DNA of 64,000 nucleotides from Candidatus Wildermuthbacteria bacterium (GTDB taxonomy: Bacteria > Patescibacteriota > Minisyncoccia > Minisyncoccales > PEYH01), in assembly GCA_037445205.1 (NCBI GenBank), contig JBBIKX010000001.1, positions 8,767 to 72,766 on the forward strand, given 5' to 3'. Below the pieces are notes generated by a model. That model was not told where the DNA came from. It made no database searches and saw only the letters and a list, made by a program, of their open reading frames with translations. A program made the position numbers and the translations under genes. Positions 29,385-39,305 of this stretch are shown here, piece by piece (the first letter of the stretch is position 1; each line of letters starts with the position of its first letter).

Positions 29385-30653
29385 ATGGACGAAAAATTTA
29401 TCATTGCCGGCAATAAACCGCTGAAAGGAGAAATTGAGGTCGGCGGCGCGAAAAACGCCACCTTTCCAATCTTGGCCGCCTCTCTTTTAACCGAAAAGCC
29501 ATGCGTTATAGACAATATACCTCTTATAGAAGACATTCTTAAAATGATAGAAATCATTAAAGAGTTGGGAGCAGAGGTTTTTTGGCTTGGAGATCGGAAG
29601 ATAAAGATCGTTGCGCGAAACATAGATCTTAAAAAACTAAACGAAGGTTTAGTGAAGAAATTAAGAGGATCGGTGCTTATTGCGGGATCTCTTTTGGCCC
29701 GATTTGGGGAAATAAAAATTCCCCAGCCGGGCGGATGTTTAATCGGCGCAAGGTCTATTTCCACCCACCTTGATTTATTTTCCCAATTGGGCGTAAAAAT
29801 AGATTTTCAGGATGATGGGTTTTTATTCCAAGCTCCTTTAAATATTTCTGCAAAAGAAGTTATTTTAAACGAATGCAGCGTTACTACCACCGAAAATGCC
29901 TTGCTTTTTCTCGCAAACAGACCGCAAGAAATTATTATTAAAAACGCTGATGGAGATTATCCCGTGCAAGAGCTGGCAAGGGTTTTGCAAAAAATGGGCG
30001 TCAAGATAGGGGGTTGGGGGACTCATACTATTTTGATTAAGGGAGCTAAAAAATTAGAGGGATTTGAACATAAAATAATGTATGATCCTTTAGAAGCAGG
30101 GACGTTTATTCTGCTTGCCGCAGCCACCAAGAGCAATATAATTATAAAAAATGTTGAGTTCAGATTTTTGGAAATGGTCTTGAAAAAATTAAAAGATTTC
30201 GGATTGCCGTTCGAAATTATTGATGAGAAAACAATTAAAGTTAGTCCGTGGCATCATTTAATTTTGGACAAATTGCAGGCTCTTCCGTACCCGGGCCTGC
30301 CCACAGACCTTCTGCCATTATTTGGCGTTTTGGCTACTCAGGCCGAGGGGCTGACGCTTTTACACGATCCTCTTTATGAAAATAGATTGAAATATTTAGA
30401 AGAATTAAATAAAATGGGAGCGCAGATTATTTTTGCCGATCCTCATCGGGCGATTGTAAAAGGTCCTACTGCGCTTTTTGGGATAGAAATTAACAGTCCG
30501 GATATAAGAGGCGGGGCTTCCCTGATTGTCGGCGCCTTGCTCGCCAAGGGGAAGACAATCATAAGTAATATTCATCAGATAGACAGGGGATACGAAAAAA
30601 TTGAAGAAAAGCTTCAAAAAATCGGCGCTGATATAAAAAGAGTAAAAGAATAA
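29385..30653 (+). CDS. murA: UDP-N-acetylglucosamine 1-carboxyvinyltransferase
   Basis: 422 aa. Contains GAKNATFPILAASLL and the active-site loop PGGCLIGARS. Confidence 0.94.
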   Translation: MDEKFIIAGNKPLKGEIEVGGAKNATFPILAASLLTEKPCVIDNIPLIEDILKMIEIIKELGAEVFWLGDRKIKIVARNIDLKKLNEGLVKKLRGSVLIAGSLLARFGEIKIPQPGGCLIGARSISTHLDLFSQLGVKIDFQDDGFLFQAPLNISAKEVILNECSVTTTENALLFLANRPQEIIIKNADGDYPVQELARVLQKMGVKIGGWGTHTILIKGAKKLEGFEHKIMYDPLEAGTFILLAAATKSNIIIKNVEFRFLEMVLKKLKDFGLPFEIIDEKTIKVSPWHHLILDKLQALPYPGLPTDLLPLFGVLATQAEGLTLLHDPLYENRLKYLEELNKMGAQIIFADPHRAIVKGPTALFGIEINSPDIRGGASLIVGALLAKGKTIISNIHQIDRGYEKIEEKLQKIGADIKRVKE

Positions 30654-30671
30654 TCCAAAACAATAAAAATT

Positions 30672-31679
30672 ATGATTGTAAGAAAAATAGGAATAGATCT
30701 GGGGACCTGCAATTCATTGGTTTATATTCCCAAAAAAGGAGTGATGCTTAATGAGCCGACAGTTGTTGCCGTATCTATGGATGATAATAAAATTTTGGCG
30801 GTAGGCAGGGCGGCCAAAGAAATGACGGGCCGCACGCCAGATACTATAAGAGTTTATCGCCCTCTAAAAGATGGCGTAATCGCCGATTATACGGTCACTT
30901 TGGTGATGCTTAAATATTTTATTAACAGCACAAAACCATGGTATCAGGTTTTTAAGCCAGAACTTGTTATTTCTGTGCCTGCGGGTATTACCTCCACCGA
31001 AAAGAGAGCAGTGATAGAGGCTGCTATGGAAGCGGGCGCAAAGGCGGCTTATGTCGCAAAAGAACCCATTTTGGCAGCCATAGGGGCCGGTATCCCCATT
31101 AACAGCTGTTCGGGCCATCTGATCATTGATATTGGCGGAGGAACCACAGAGGTGGCTGTTATATCTCTTGGCGGGATAGTAACCGCGCATTCGGTGCGTA
31201 TGGCGGGAGATAAAATGAATGCGGCCATATCCGACTATATAAAAAAGAAATACAACTTGGCGATAGGCGAACAAACCGCAGAAGATATAAAAATAAAAAT
31301 CGGCACTGCTCTTTCTGAAAGAAAAGAAATGTTTATAGAGGCAAAAGGAAGAGATTTGATTTCCGGACTTCCAAGGGTGATAAAATTTTCATCAAATGAG
31401 GTATGCGAGGCCATTTCAAACGTTTTAAGCGATATAGTTCAGGCAGTAAAAATGGTTTTAAAAGAAACGCCCCCTGAGCTTGCCGCAGATATTATGGATA
31501 AGGGGATGGTGCTTTCCGGAGGCGGTGCGCTGCTCAGGAACATAGATCAATTAATTGCGAAAATGACAGGAGTGCCTTGTTTTGTGGCGGATGAACCGCT
31601 ATTTTGCGTTGTAAAAGGAACGGGAGTGGTTTTGGAAAATTTGGAGACATATAAAAAGAGCATTATGACAAAACATTAA
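30672..31679 (+). CDS. mreB: Rod-shape protein MreB (actin-like ATPase), copy 1
   Basis: Contains GIDLGTCNSLVY, DIGGGTTEVAVISLGG and VLSGGGALLRN. Confidence 0.93.
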   Translation: MIVRKIGIDLGTCNSLVYIPKKGVMLNEPTVVAVSMDDNKILAVGRAAKEMTGRTPDTIRVYRPLKDGVIADYTVTLVMLKYFINSTKPWYQVFKPELVISVPAGITSTEKRAVIEAAMEAGAKAAYVAKEPILAAIGAGIPINSCSGHLIIDIGGGTTEVAVISLGGIVTAHSVRMAGDKMNAAISDYIKKKYNLAIGEQTAEDIKIKIGTALSERKEMFIEAKGRDLISGLPRVIKFSSNEVCEAISNVLSDIVQAVKMVLKETPPELAADIMDKGMVLSGGGALLRNIDQLIAKMTGVPCFVADEPLFCVVKGTGVVLENLETYKKSIMTKH

Positions 31680-31686
31680 TAATTTT

Positions 31687-32598
31687 ATGATTATAGGACA
31701 CCAAAAAGAATGGGAGTTCTTAAAAAAAAGCGCAGAGAAAAGAAGCTTATCCCATGCCTATCTTTTTTATGGGCCCCAAAGCGTGGGCAAGAGGAAAGTG
31801 GCAATGGAATTTGCAAAATATCTTAATTGTAAAGATCATATTAAAAATAACCCATGCCAGAAGTGCATAGTCTGTTATCAGATAGAAGGAAAATTTTATC
31901 CGGACCTGTCTTTGGTGGAAAAAAAATTGGACGAACAAGCAATAGGCATAGAGCAGATAAAAGATTTAAAAGCGAAACTTTCTTTATCCTGCGCTCTTGA
32001 AGGTCATAAGACAGCGATAATTGATCAAGCCCATCTTATGACCCACGATGCGCAAAACGCCCTTTTAAAACAGCTAGAAGAACCCAAAGGCAAAACGATT
32101 ATTATCTTGATTGCAGAGCATCCTCATCGTCTTCTGGGAACAGTTCTTTCAAGATGCCAAAAAATAAGATTTTCCCCCGTGCCTTCATATTTAATAAAAG
32201 AATATTTTCCGAAAAACGAAGCGTTAAAAGAAAATCATTTATATGCATTGGGGAGGCCCGGAATTGTTTTTGGTGCCTTAGCCAATCCCCAAACAGACGC
32301 CAAAAGAAAAAAACTGGAACAAGATATGATACAATTAAAACAGGCAAGTTTTCATGAAAGATTCTCTTATGCAAAAAAAATAATTAAAAACGGCGGGGAA
32401 ATCTCTGAAATATTTGGAATTTGGATTCTTTATCTAAGAAACCTTATGCAAAATTATTTAGAGAAGAAAAAAAACAATATTTGGAATTTAAAAGAATTAA
32501 GAAAAATTATATCTTTGGCTCAGGAAATGCAACATCTTATAGATACCTCTAATGTGAACAAACAATTAGCGCTAGAATTATTTTTAATGGAAATATGA
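31687..32598 (+). CDS. holB: DNA polymerase III delta-prime subunit
   Basis: Contains HAYLFYGPQSVGKR, a zinc-module cysteine cluster, and SRCQKIRF. Confidence 0.85.
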   Translation: MIIGHQKEWEFLKKSAEKRSLSHAYLFYGPQSVGKRKVAMEFAKYLNCKDHIKNNPCQKCIVCYQIEGKFYPDLSLVEKKLDEQAIGIEQIKDLKAKLSLSCALEGHKTAIIDQAHLMTHDAQNALLKQLEEPKGKTIIILIAEHPHRLLGTVLSRCQKIRFSPVPSYLIKEYFPKNEALKENHLYALGRPGIVFGALANPQTDAKRKKLEQDMIQLKQASFHERFSYAKKIIKNGGEISEIFGIWILYLRNLMQNYLEKKKNNIWNLKELRKIISLAQEMQHLIDTSNVNKQLALELFLMEI

Positions 32599-33149
32599 AC
32601 AATTTAGTGAACAATTTTAAAAACGAGATGGAAAAAATATCAACTTTTTTTAGAAACGAATTGCAAAGATTAAGAACGGGCAGAGCGAGCCCCCTCATCG
32701 TGGAAGATATTTTAGTGGATTGTTACAACACAAAAATGAAGTTAAAACAGGTGGCGGCTATTTCTTGTCCGGAGCATCGCCAGATTCTTATCCAACCATG
32801 GGACAGGACAATCACAGAGCATATTGTTAAAGCCCTTAGCGCAAGCGATCTTGGCACAAGTCCGATTGTAGACAAGCAGTTTATCAGGATTAACTTGCCC
32901 TCGCTCACAGAAGAGTTTCGCAAGAATTTAATAACCCAGATTTCCAGAAAAGAAGAAGAATCCAGGGAGGCAATTAGAAAATGGAGAGATTATTTCTTAA
33001 AAGAATTACAAAAGCAGTTTCAAGAAAAGCAGATTTCCGAAGACGATAAATTCAGGACAAAAGATGAAATACAAAAAATAGTGGATGAATACAACAAAAA
33101 ATTAGCGGATATTGCCAAATTAAAAGAAAAAGAAATTTTAGAATCCTAA
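32595..33149 (+). CDS. frr: Ribosome recycling factor
   Basis: Contains LRTGRASPLIVEDI and INLPSLTEE. Confidence 0.93.
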   Translation: MNNLVNNFKNEMEKISTFFRNELQRLRTGRASPLIVEDILVDCYNTKMKLKQVAAISCPEHRQILIQPWDRTITEHIVKALSASDLGTSPIVDKQFIRINLPSLTEEFRKNLITQISRKEEESREAIRKWRDYFLKELQKQFQEKQISEDDKFRTKDEIQKIVDEYNKKLADIAKLKEKEILES

Positions 33150-33152
33150 TTT

Positions 33153-34274
33153 ATGATTGCTTTTATCGTTGCTATTTTTATTTTAAGCTTCCTTATTTTT
33201 ATCCACGAACTTGGGCATTTTCTTGCCGCAAAAAAAGCCAATATTTTGGTTGAAGAGTTTGGATTTGGATACCCGCCAAGAATATTTGGAAAGAAAATCG
33301 GCGAAACGATATATTCGCTAAACATTATTCCCTTCGGGGGTTTTGTAAAAATCAGGGGAGAGAGCGGGCCCTTAGAAGACAAAAATGCGGACAAAAGGAG
33401 TTTTTTCTTGCAAAAGCCAAAAATGAAGGCAAAAATTCTTTTAGCGGGCGTTTTGGCGAACGCTTTTTTGGCGGTAGTTATTTTTTATTTTATTCTGATA
33501 AGCCAAAATTTCTCCTTTCATCTTCCGTCTTTTTATAATCATCGCTTTATTTTCGGGGAGCAGAAAAGTTTTCCCGCAGTGGCGCTGGTGCTTGATGATT
33601 CCCCCGCCCAAGAATCAGGGCTTAGGATATACGATTTGATTATTTCAGCCAATGATCAGTATATTTCAGGTGCCCGTCAATTTATTGATTTTATCAACCA
33701 AAGAAAGGGCGAGACAGTCGCGCTTCATGTTAGGAATTTAAATGATAATCTGGAAAAGACGATTATGGTGTCTTTGCCTATCAATGCGCCAGATAAAAAA
33801 GTCTTGGGGGCGGGAATTCAGGATATGATAAATATAAGATACAATTCTGGCTTAGAAAAAATCTTTTCGGGATTTTTTCATTCAATTAATATCATTGATT
33901 ATTCCTTCGCCATCTCGGGAAATTTGATTAAACAATCATTTGCTACAAAAGAGATAGCTCCTCTCGCGAATTTGGCAGTAGGTCCGGTGGGCATAATCGC
34001 TTTGACAAAAAATATTCTTAGCGGAGGGGTTTTGGCGCTTTTGAATTTCTTGGCAATTTTTTCGCTGGGCTTGGCGCTGGTAAACGTCCTGCCCATTCCG
34101 GCGGCAGACGGGGGAAGATTGGTTTTTGTAGCATATGAGGCCATATTCAAAAAAACCGCTCCGCCTAAATTTGAAAGGAATTTCAACCTTGTGGGATATA
34201 TTTTCCTTATTGTATTGTCAATTATCATCGCCGCAAAAGATATTATCCAATTTAGGGATATTTTATTTAAATAA
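33153..34274 (+). CDS. rseP: Site-2 (RseP-type) intramembrane zinc metalloprotease
   Basis: HELGHF motif, a PDZ-like middle region, and the C-terminal NVLPIPAADGG. Confidence 0.9.
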   Translation: MIAFIVAIFILSFLIFIHELGHFLAAKKANILVEEFGFGYPPRIFGKKIGETIYSLNIIPFGGFVKIRGESGPLEDKNADKRSFFLQKPKMKAKILLAGVLANAFLAVVIFYFILISQNFSFHLPSFYNHRFIFGEQKSFPAVALVLDDSPAQESGLRIYDLIISANDQYISGARQFIDFINQRKGETVALHVRNLNDNLEKTIMVSLPINAPDKKVLGAGIQDMINIRYNSGLEKIFSGFFHSINIIDYSFAISGNLIKQSFATKEIAPLANLAVGPVGIIALTKNILSGGVLALLNFLAIFSLGLALVNVLPIPAADGGRLVFVAYEAIFKKTAPPKFERNFNLVGYIFLIVLSIIIAAKDIIQFRDILFK

Positions 34275-34286
34275 CCTTGTTTTTAT

Positions 34287-35540
34287 ATGAGGCAATCGCA
34301 ATTATTTTATAAAACAGAAAAAGTTTTGCCGGACAAAAAAGAGGCGATATCCCATGAGCTTTTAAAAAAAGCCGGCTTTATAAACCAATTGGCTTCAGGG
34401 CTTTATAGTTTATTGCCGCTGGGGTTTTTAGTCCATAAAAAAATTGAAAATATCATTCGCGAAGAAATGAAGAATATCGGCGCCCAAGAAGTATTTTTGC
34501 CCGCCCTGCAGCCAAAAGAAATTTGGGAAAAGACAAAAAGATGGAATACTATTGATCCTCCGCTCTTTAAGCTAAAAGACAGGCACCAAAAAGAATTTGC
34601 CCTTGGGTCTACGCATGAGGAAGTAATCAGCGATCTTGCGCGCCTTAAAATTAAATCTTACCGAGATTTGCCGGCGGCGCTTTTTCAGATTCAAACAAAA
34701 TTCAGAAACGAATTAAGATTTTCCGGGGGTCTTTTAAGGGCCAGAGAGTTTGTTATGAAAGATCTTTACAGCTTCCATCGAGATAAAGAAGATTTTGAGA
34801 AATATTATAAAAAGGCTATGGGCGCCTATCTTAAAATTTTTAAGCGATGCGGACTTAGGGCGGTTGTAACAGAAGCTTCGGGACAGGGATTTACAAAATC
34901 CGCTACTCACGAATTTCAGATTTTAACGCCGGCCGGCGAAGATAAAATAATTTTTTGCAAAAATTGTGCTTTTTCTCAAAATCAAGAAATCGCCCGGCAA
35001 AATGAAGGAGAAAAATGTTTAAATTGCAATAAGGGCGTTTTAGAGCTTAAGAGGGGAATAGAGGTGGGAAACATTTTTCCTTTGGAAGATAAGTATTCCA
35101 ATGATTTTGACCTTTATTTTGTTGATAAAGACAATAAAAAAAAGCCCGTTATTATGGGATGTTATGGAATCGGACTGGGAAGGTTGATGGCCGCCGCTGT
35201 TGAGATAAACTGCGATAAAAAAGGAATTGTCTGGCCAAAAGAGATAGCGCCCTACAGCGTGCATTTGCTTGCCATAGATTTAAAAGATAAAAAAGTTTTT
35301 CATCAGGCGGAAAGTTTTTATCAAAGTTTACAAGGCGCGGGTATGGGGGTATTATATGACGACAGACCGCAGACAAGCGCAGGAGAGAAATTTTTTGAAT
35401 CAGATTTGATAGGGATACCCAAAAGAATTGTTATCAGCAAAAAAACGCTGGGCGGGAATAAAATAGAATTAAAAGAGCGAAAGAGCGACAATTTGAAACT
35501 GATCAGCCGGAAACAGGCGTTAGGAGAATTAAAATTATGA
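34287..35540 (+). CDS. proS: Proline--tRNA ligase (short form)
   Basis: Class II motifs (FRNELRFSGGLLRAREFVMKD, GCYGIGLGR). Confidence 0.92.
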   Translation: MRQSQLFYKTEKVLPDKKEAISHELLKKAGFINQLASGLYSLLPLGFLVHKKIENIIREEMKNIGAQEVFLPALQPKEIWEKTKRWNTIDPPLFKLKDRHQKEFALGSTHEEVISDLARLKIKSYRDLPAALFQIQTKFRNELRFSGGLLRAREFVMKDLYSFHRDKEDFEKYYKKAMGAYLKIFKRCGLRAVVTEASGQGFTKSATHEFQILTPAGEDKIIFCKNCAFSQNQEIARQNEGEKCLNCNKGVLELKRGIEVGNIFPLEDKYSNDFDLYFVDKDNKKKPVIMGCYGIGLGRLMAAAVEINCDKKGIVWPKEIAPYSVHLLAIDLKDKKVFHQAESFYQSLQGAGMGVLYDDRPQTSAGEKFFESDLIGIPKRIVISKKTLGGNKIELKERKSDNLKLISRKQALGELKL

Positions 35541-36604
35541 TAAAAAATTTATTTTCAAACTTTGGAAAAGATATTGCCATAGATCTGGGTACGGCCAATA
35601 CGCTGGTTTATGTGAAAGGAGAGGGGATAGTAATTCGGGAACCCTCGGTTGTGGCGCTCAACCAAAAAACTGGAAAAATTTTGGCAATTGGACAAGAGGC
35701 AAAGAAAATGATCGGCCGCACGCCTTCCCATATTTTGGCAATCAAACCGCTAAGGAATGGCGTCATATCCGATTTTGAAGTGGCAGAGCAGATGTTAAGG
35801 TATTTTATTCAGAAATCATATAAAAGGAATATTGTTTTTCCAAGGCCCCGAATTATTATTGGCATTCCATGCGGGCTGACAGACGTAGAAAGAAGGGCAG
35901 TCAGAGATGCCGCAAAAAATACCGGAGCAAAAAGCGTATTCTTGGTGGAACAGCCGATGGCCAGCGCAATCGGCGCAAGGCTGCCCGTTAACGACCCCGG
36001 AGGAAATTTTGTTGTTGACATTGGGGGAGGCACTACTGAAATAGCCGTTATATCTCTTGGCGGGATAGTTCTTTCCAAGAGCTTGAAAATCGCGGGAGAT
36101 AAATTAAACGACGATATCATCAATTATGTCCAAGAAGAATATCGTCTTTTGATAGGGGAAAGAACCGCAGAGCAGATAAAAATGCATCTTGGAAGCGCTT
36201 GCCATGTAAAAGAAAAAGAAGGCGCTCCCGTAAAAAAGGAATTGCCAATGAGGGGGCGAAATCTTATTACCGGCCTTCCCGAAGAAGTAATTATTACGCA
36301 AGATGACGTGCGCAGGTCTCTTGAGAAATCAATAAAAGAGGTTGTTATGGCAGTAAAGGATACAATCGAGGCAACCCCTCCCGAGCTTGTTTCCGATATT
36401 ATGACTAAAAATATTTATCTCTCAGGAGGAGGAGCGCTTTTGAAGGGAATAGATGTTTTGATATCAAAGGAAACGAGGATTCCGACAAAAATTGTGGAAG
36501 ATCCCTTAACTGCGGTTGTGAGAGGTGCGGGCATGGTTTTGGAAAATCTTGAGATATTCAAAGATGTTTTAACCCAGCCCCAAGAAGTTCAGATTCCGCA
36601 ATAA
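35537..36604 (+). CDS. MreB-like actin ATPase, copy 2
   Basis: Contains AIDLGTANTLVY, DIGGGTTEIAVISLGG and YLSGGGALLKG. Confidence 0.92.
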   Translation: MIKNLFSNFGKDIAIDLGTANTLVYVKGEGIVIREPSVVALNQKTGKILAIGQEAKKMIGRTPSHILAIKPLRNGVISDFEVAEQMLRYFIQKSYKRNIVFPRPRIIIGIPCGLTDVERRAVRDAAKNTGAKSVFLVEQPMASAIGARLPVNDPGGNFVVDIGGGTTEIAVISLGGIVLSKSLKIAGDKLNDDIINYVQEEYRLLIGERTAEQIKMHLGSACHVKEKEGAPVKKELPMRGRNLITGLPEEVIITQDDVRRSLEKSIKEVVMAVKDTIEATPPELVSDIMTKNIYLSGGGALLKGIDVLISKETRIPTKIVEDPLTAVVRGAGMVLENLEIFKDVLTQPQEVQIPQ

Positions 36605-36611
36605 TAAAAAA

Positions 36612-36899
36612 ATGATCACAGAAAAAGAAGTAATACATATTGCAGGGCTCGCGCGCATTAATCTTTCAGAAAAAGAAATTGAAAAGATGAAAAATGAACT
36701 TTCTTTGATTTTGGAATACATCAAGAAATTAAAAGAGCTTGATTTAGAAAATGTTTTGCCGACCACGCACTGCGCGGAATTAAAAAATATTACAAGAGAG
36801 GACATTTCGTCCAAAAGAGACGAGAGGGTGGCTGACTCTTTAAAAAATCTGGCTCCTCAAAAAGAGCAGAAATATATTAAAACAAAATCAGTTTTTTGA
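36612..36899 (+). CDS. gatC: Glu/Asp-tRNA amidotransferase subunit C
   Basis: 95 aa, contains IAGLARINLSEKE; precedes gatA. Confidence 0.9.
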   Translation: MITEKEVIHIAGLARINLSEKEIEKMKNELSLILEYIKKLKELDLENVLPTTHCAELKNITREDISSKRDERVADSLKNLAPQKEQKYIKTKSVF

Positions 36900-36900
36900 A

Positions 36901-38340
36901 ATGAATTTTTCTGACCTATCTATAAAGGAGATTCATAATGGGTTAAAAAGCAAAAAATTTTCCTGCCGGGAGTTAACCGATTTTTATTTGAGCAAAATTG
37001 AAGAGTGGAATCCGAAAATCAATGCCTATCTTTGGATTTTTTTTGATCAGGCGCGCTATCTTGCTCAAGAAATTGATGAATTAATAGCGCAGGAGAAAGA
37101 GATCCATCTTCTTTCGGGAATTCCCTGCGCGATCAAAGACAATATTGCAATAAGGGGCCAAAAAGCGAGCGCCGGCTCCAAAATACTCAAAAATTATATT
37201 GCACCCTATGATGCGTTCGTTATAGAAAAGTTGAAGTCAAAAAATAGCGTTATACTCGGGAAAACTAATTTAGATGAGTTTGCGGTGGGCTCTTCGGGAG
37301 AACATTCCGCATACGGGCCCACAAAAAATCCCTTAGACCATAAACTTGTTCCGGGCGGATCATCTTCGGGATCAGCGGCGGCAGTCAGCCAAAAAATGTG
37401 CGTTTTTTCATTGGGTTCGGACACGGGCGGATCCGTGAGGCAGCCCGCCTCATTTTGCGGAGTTGTGGGATTAAAACCAACCTATGGGGCGGTTTCTCGG
37501 CATGGATTGATAGCTATGGCTTCATCGCTGGATCAAATAGGCCCCATCGCAAAAACAGTTGAAGATGCAGAAATCGTTTTTGAGGCGATTAGAGGACAAG
37601 ACAAAATGGATTCAACCAGCTTTGAAAAAAAAGAAGAAGATTTTGAAAAGAAGCTTCAGGCAGAGAAATTTAAAATCGGAATCGTGAAAGAAGGGATGGG
37701 CGAGGGGATAGACAATGAAGTTCTTGCGTCTTTTAAAAAAACGATAGAAAATATAAGAAAAGAAGGAGTCAGCCTGGAAGAAATTAGCCTGCCCCACCTG
37801 CATTACGGACTCGCCTGTTATTATATTTTGATGACTGCGGAAGTTTCAAGCAATCTTGCAAGGTATGATGGAATAAAATATGGCCAATCAAAGAAAGACG
37901 CAAAAAATCTTTTAGATATTTATTTTGAAACAAGGAAAGAGTTTTTTGGACCGGAGGTGAAGCGAAGAATAATGCTTGGGACTTACTGTCTGTCATCGGG
38001 CTATTACGAGTCTTATTATTTAAAAGCCCAAAGAACAAGGACAAAAATAGTAGAGGATTTCAAAAGCGCATTCAAAAAAGTGGATTTGCTGTTAATGCCC
38101 ACCTCCTCCACTCTTCCATTCAGATTGGGCGAGAGGATAGACAATCCTTTGTCAATGTATCTTGCAGATTTGTTAACCGTTCCTGTTAATCTTTCAGGGC
38201 TTCCCGCCATTTCCATCCCTTTCAAGGACAAAAAGAAATTTCCGATAGGCATTCAGCTTATTGCTCCGGCCTTTGGAGAAAAAAAGATATTTGAATTTGG
38301 AAAATTTTTTGAGAAAATATGTCAATCCAAAACAACATAA
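36901..38340 (+). CDS. gatA: Glu/Asp-tRNA amidotransferase subunit A
   Basis: Amidase signature GGSSSGSAAAV...GSDTGGSVRQPA. Confidence 0.95.
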   Translation: MNFSDLSIKEIHNGLKSKKFSCRELTDFYLSKIEEWNPKINAYLWIFFDQARYLAQEIDELIAQEKEIHLLSGIPCAIKDNIAIRGQKASAGSKILKNYIAPYDAFVIEKLKSKNSVILGKTNLDEFAVGSSGEHSAYGPTKNPLDHKLVPGGSSSGSAAAVSQKMCVFSLGSDTGGSVRQPASFCGVVGLKPTYGAVSRHGLIAMASSLDQIGPIAKTVEDAEIVFEAIRGQDKMDSTSFEKKEEDFEKKLQAEKFKIGIVKEGMGEGIDNEVLASFKKTIENIRKEGVSLEEISLPHLHYGLACYYILMTAEVSSNLARYDGIKYGQSKKDAKNLLDIYFETRKEFFGPEVKRRIMLGTYCLSSGYYESYYLKAQRTRTKIVEDFKSAFKKVDLLLMPTSSTLPFRLGERIDNPLSMYLADLLTVPVNLSGLPAISIPFKDKKKFPIGIQLIAPAFGEKKIFEFGKFFEKICQSKTT

Positions 38341-38945
38341 TCAATATTCCCAATTACGATTTTGAGGGGTTATTTTCTTATCTTTTAAGGATTGTTCAGG
38401 GATTTAAAATTCCCTTCATTGTTGTTTCTTTAATATTGCTTGCCGGAATTGTATATTTTATGGTTTTTACGGATTATCTTTATTACAAATACTTTGAGCA
38501 ATGGGAGGAATATACCAAATGGAAAGCGATGCATAAAATTCCCCGCAGAAAAAAAAGGAAAATCATCCAAAAGGAAAATCCGCTCTCCATGGCGCCGTCC
38601 CTGCCCGCAGAAGAGTCAATCATAAAAGAATCAAAACCGCCGGGGGAGTGGGAAAGGATTTTTGAAAAGCTTAAAAGCCAAAAAGGCATTGATTATAAAT
38701 TGGCGCTTGTTGACGCAGACAGATTGCTTGCCAAAAAATTAGAAGAAGCGGGAATCGCGGGAAGGAATTTAGATCAGCAAATAGAAAATGTTCCTCCGGA
38801 TTTTAAAATGGATTTGTCCCAGATTAAAAAGGCGCGAAATCTTTTAAAAGAGGTATTTTTGGAAGAAAAAAAGAAGACTGCGAAAAGCTCTGTTAAAGAG
38901 GCAATTGAGGTGTATAAAAATGCGTTTGACGCAGTAAAAATTTGA
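38319..38945 (+). CDS. Hypothetical membrane protein
   Basis: 208-aa ORF with one TM segment (IPFIVVSLILLAGIVYFMVF) and backbone composition. Confidence 0.55.
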   Translation: MSIQNNIINIPNYDFEGLFSYLLRIVQGFKIPFIVVSLILLAGIVYFMVFTDYLYYKYFEQWEEYTKWKAMHKIPRRKKRKIIQKENPLSMAPSLPAEESIIKESKPPGEWERIFEKLKSQKGIDYKLALVDADRLLAKKLEEAGIAGRNLDQQIENVPPDFKMDLSQIKKARNLLKEVFLEEKKKTAKSSVKEAIEVYKNAFDAVKI

Positions 38946-38970
38946 TTTTTTCTAAAAATCAATATATAAA
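38942..38970 (+). promoter_or_regulatory. Candidate promoter of the tRNA cluster
   Basis: TTGATT(38942-38947), 17-nt spacer, TATAAA(38965-38970), 6 nt before the first tRNA. Confidence 0.5.
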
Positions 38971-38976
38971 TACGAT

Positions 38977-39050
38977 AGCGGGGTGGACCAGTAGTAGGTC
39001 GCGGGTCTCATAAGCCCGAAGCGTTGGTGCAATTCCAGCCCCCGCTACCA
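38977..39050 (+). tRNA. tRNA-Met(CAT), initiator-like, CCA encoded
   Basis: Folded by hand. Acceptor AGCGGGG/CCCCGCT, anticodon stem CGGGT/GCCCG with three G-C pairs, loop CTCATAA. Close to the E. coli initiator tRNA pattern. Confidence 0.8.
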
Positions 39051-39084
39051 GTTTAAAAATAAAAAATTTTAATTTTTCTCTGTG

Positions 39085-39156
39085 GCCGGTGTAGCTCAGT
39101 GGCAGAGCAAACGTTTCATAAGCGTTGGGTCGTTGGTTCAATTCCAACCACCGGCA
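39085..39156 (+). tRNA. tRNA with CAT anticodon (elongator Met or Ile-lysidine); no encoded CCA
   Basis: Acceptor GCCGGTG/CACCGGC, D-stem GCTC/GAGC, loop TTCATAA, T-arm GTTGG-TTCAATT-CCAAC. Confidence 0.85.
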
Positions 39157-39175
39157 AAAATTGAGAATATATTAT

Positions 39176-39250
39176 GGACCCATGGTGTAGCCCGGTTAAC
39201 ACATCTCCCTGTCACGGAGAAGATCAGGGGTTCAAATCCCCTTGGGTCCG
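39176..39250 (+). tRNA. tRNA-Asp(GTC)
   Basis: Acceptor GGACCCA/TGGGTCC, anticodon loop CTGTCAC, T-arm AGGGG-TTCAAAT-CCCCT. Confidence 0.88.
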
Positions 39251-39253
39251 CAA
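39235..39253 (+). repeat. Direct repeat copy 1 (the 3' end of tRNA-Asp), att-like
   Basis: AATCCCCTTGGGTCCGCAA is identical to 40465-40483. Confidence 0.9.
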
Positions 39254-39305
39254 TACGAGATTTGTCAAAGATTCTGTTTCGCAATCAACGCGGAAGTGAC
39301 AATTT

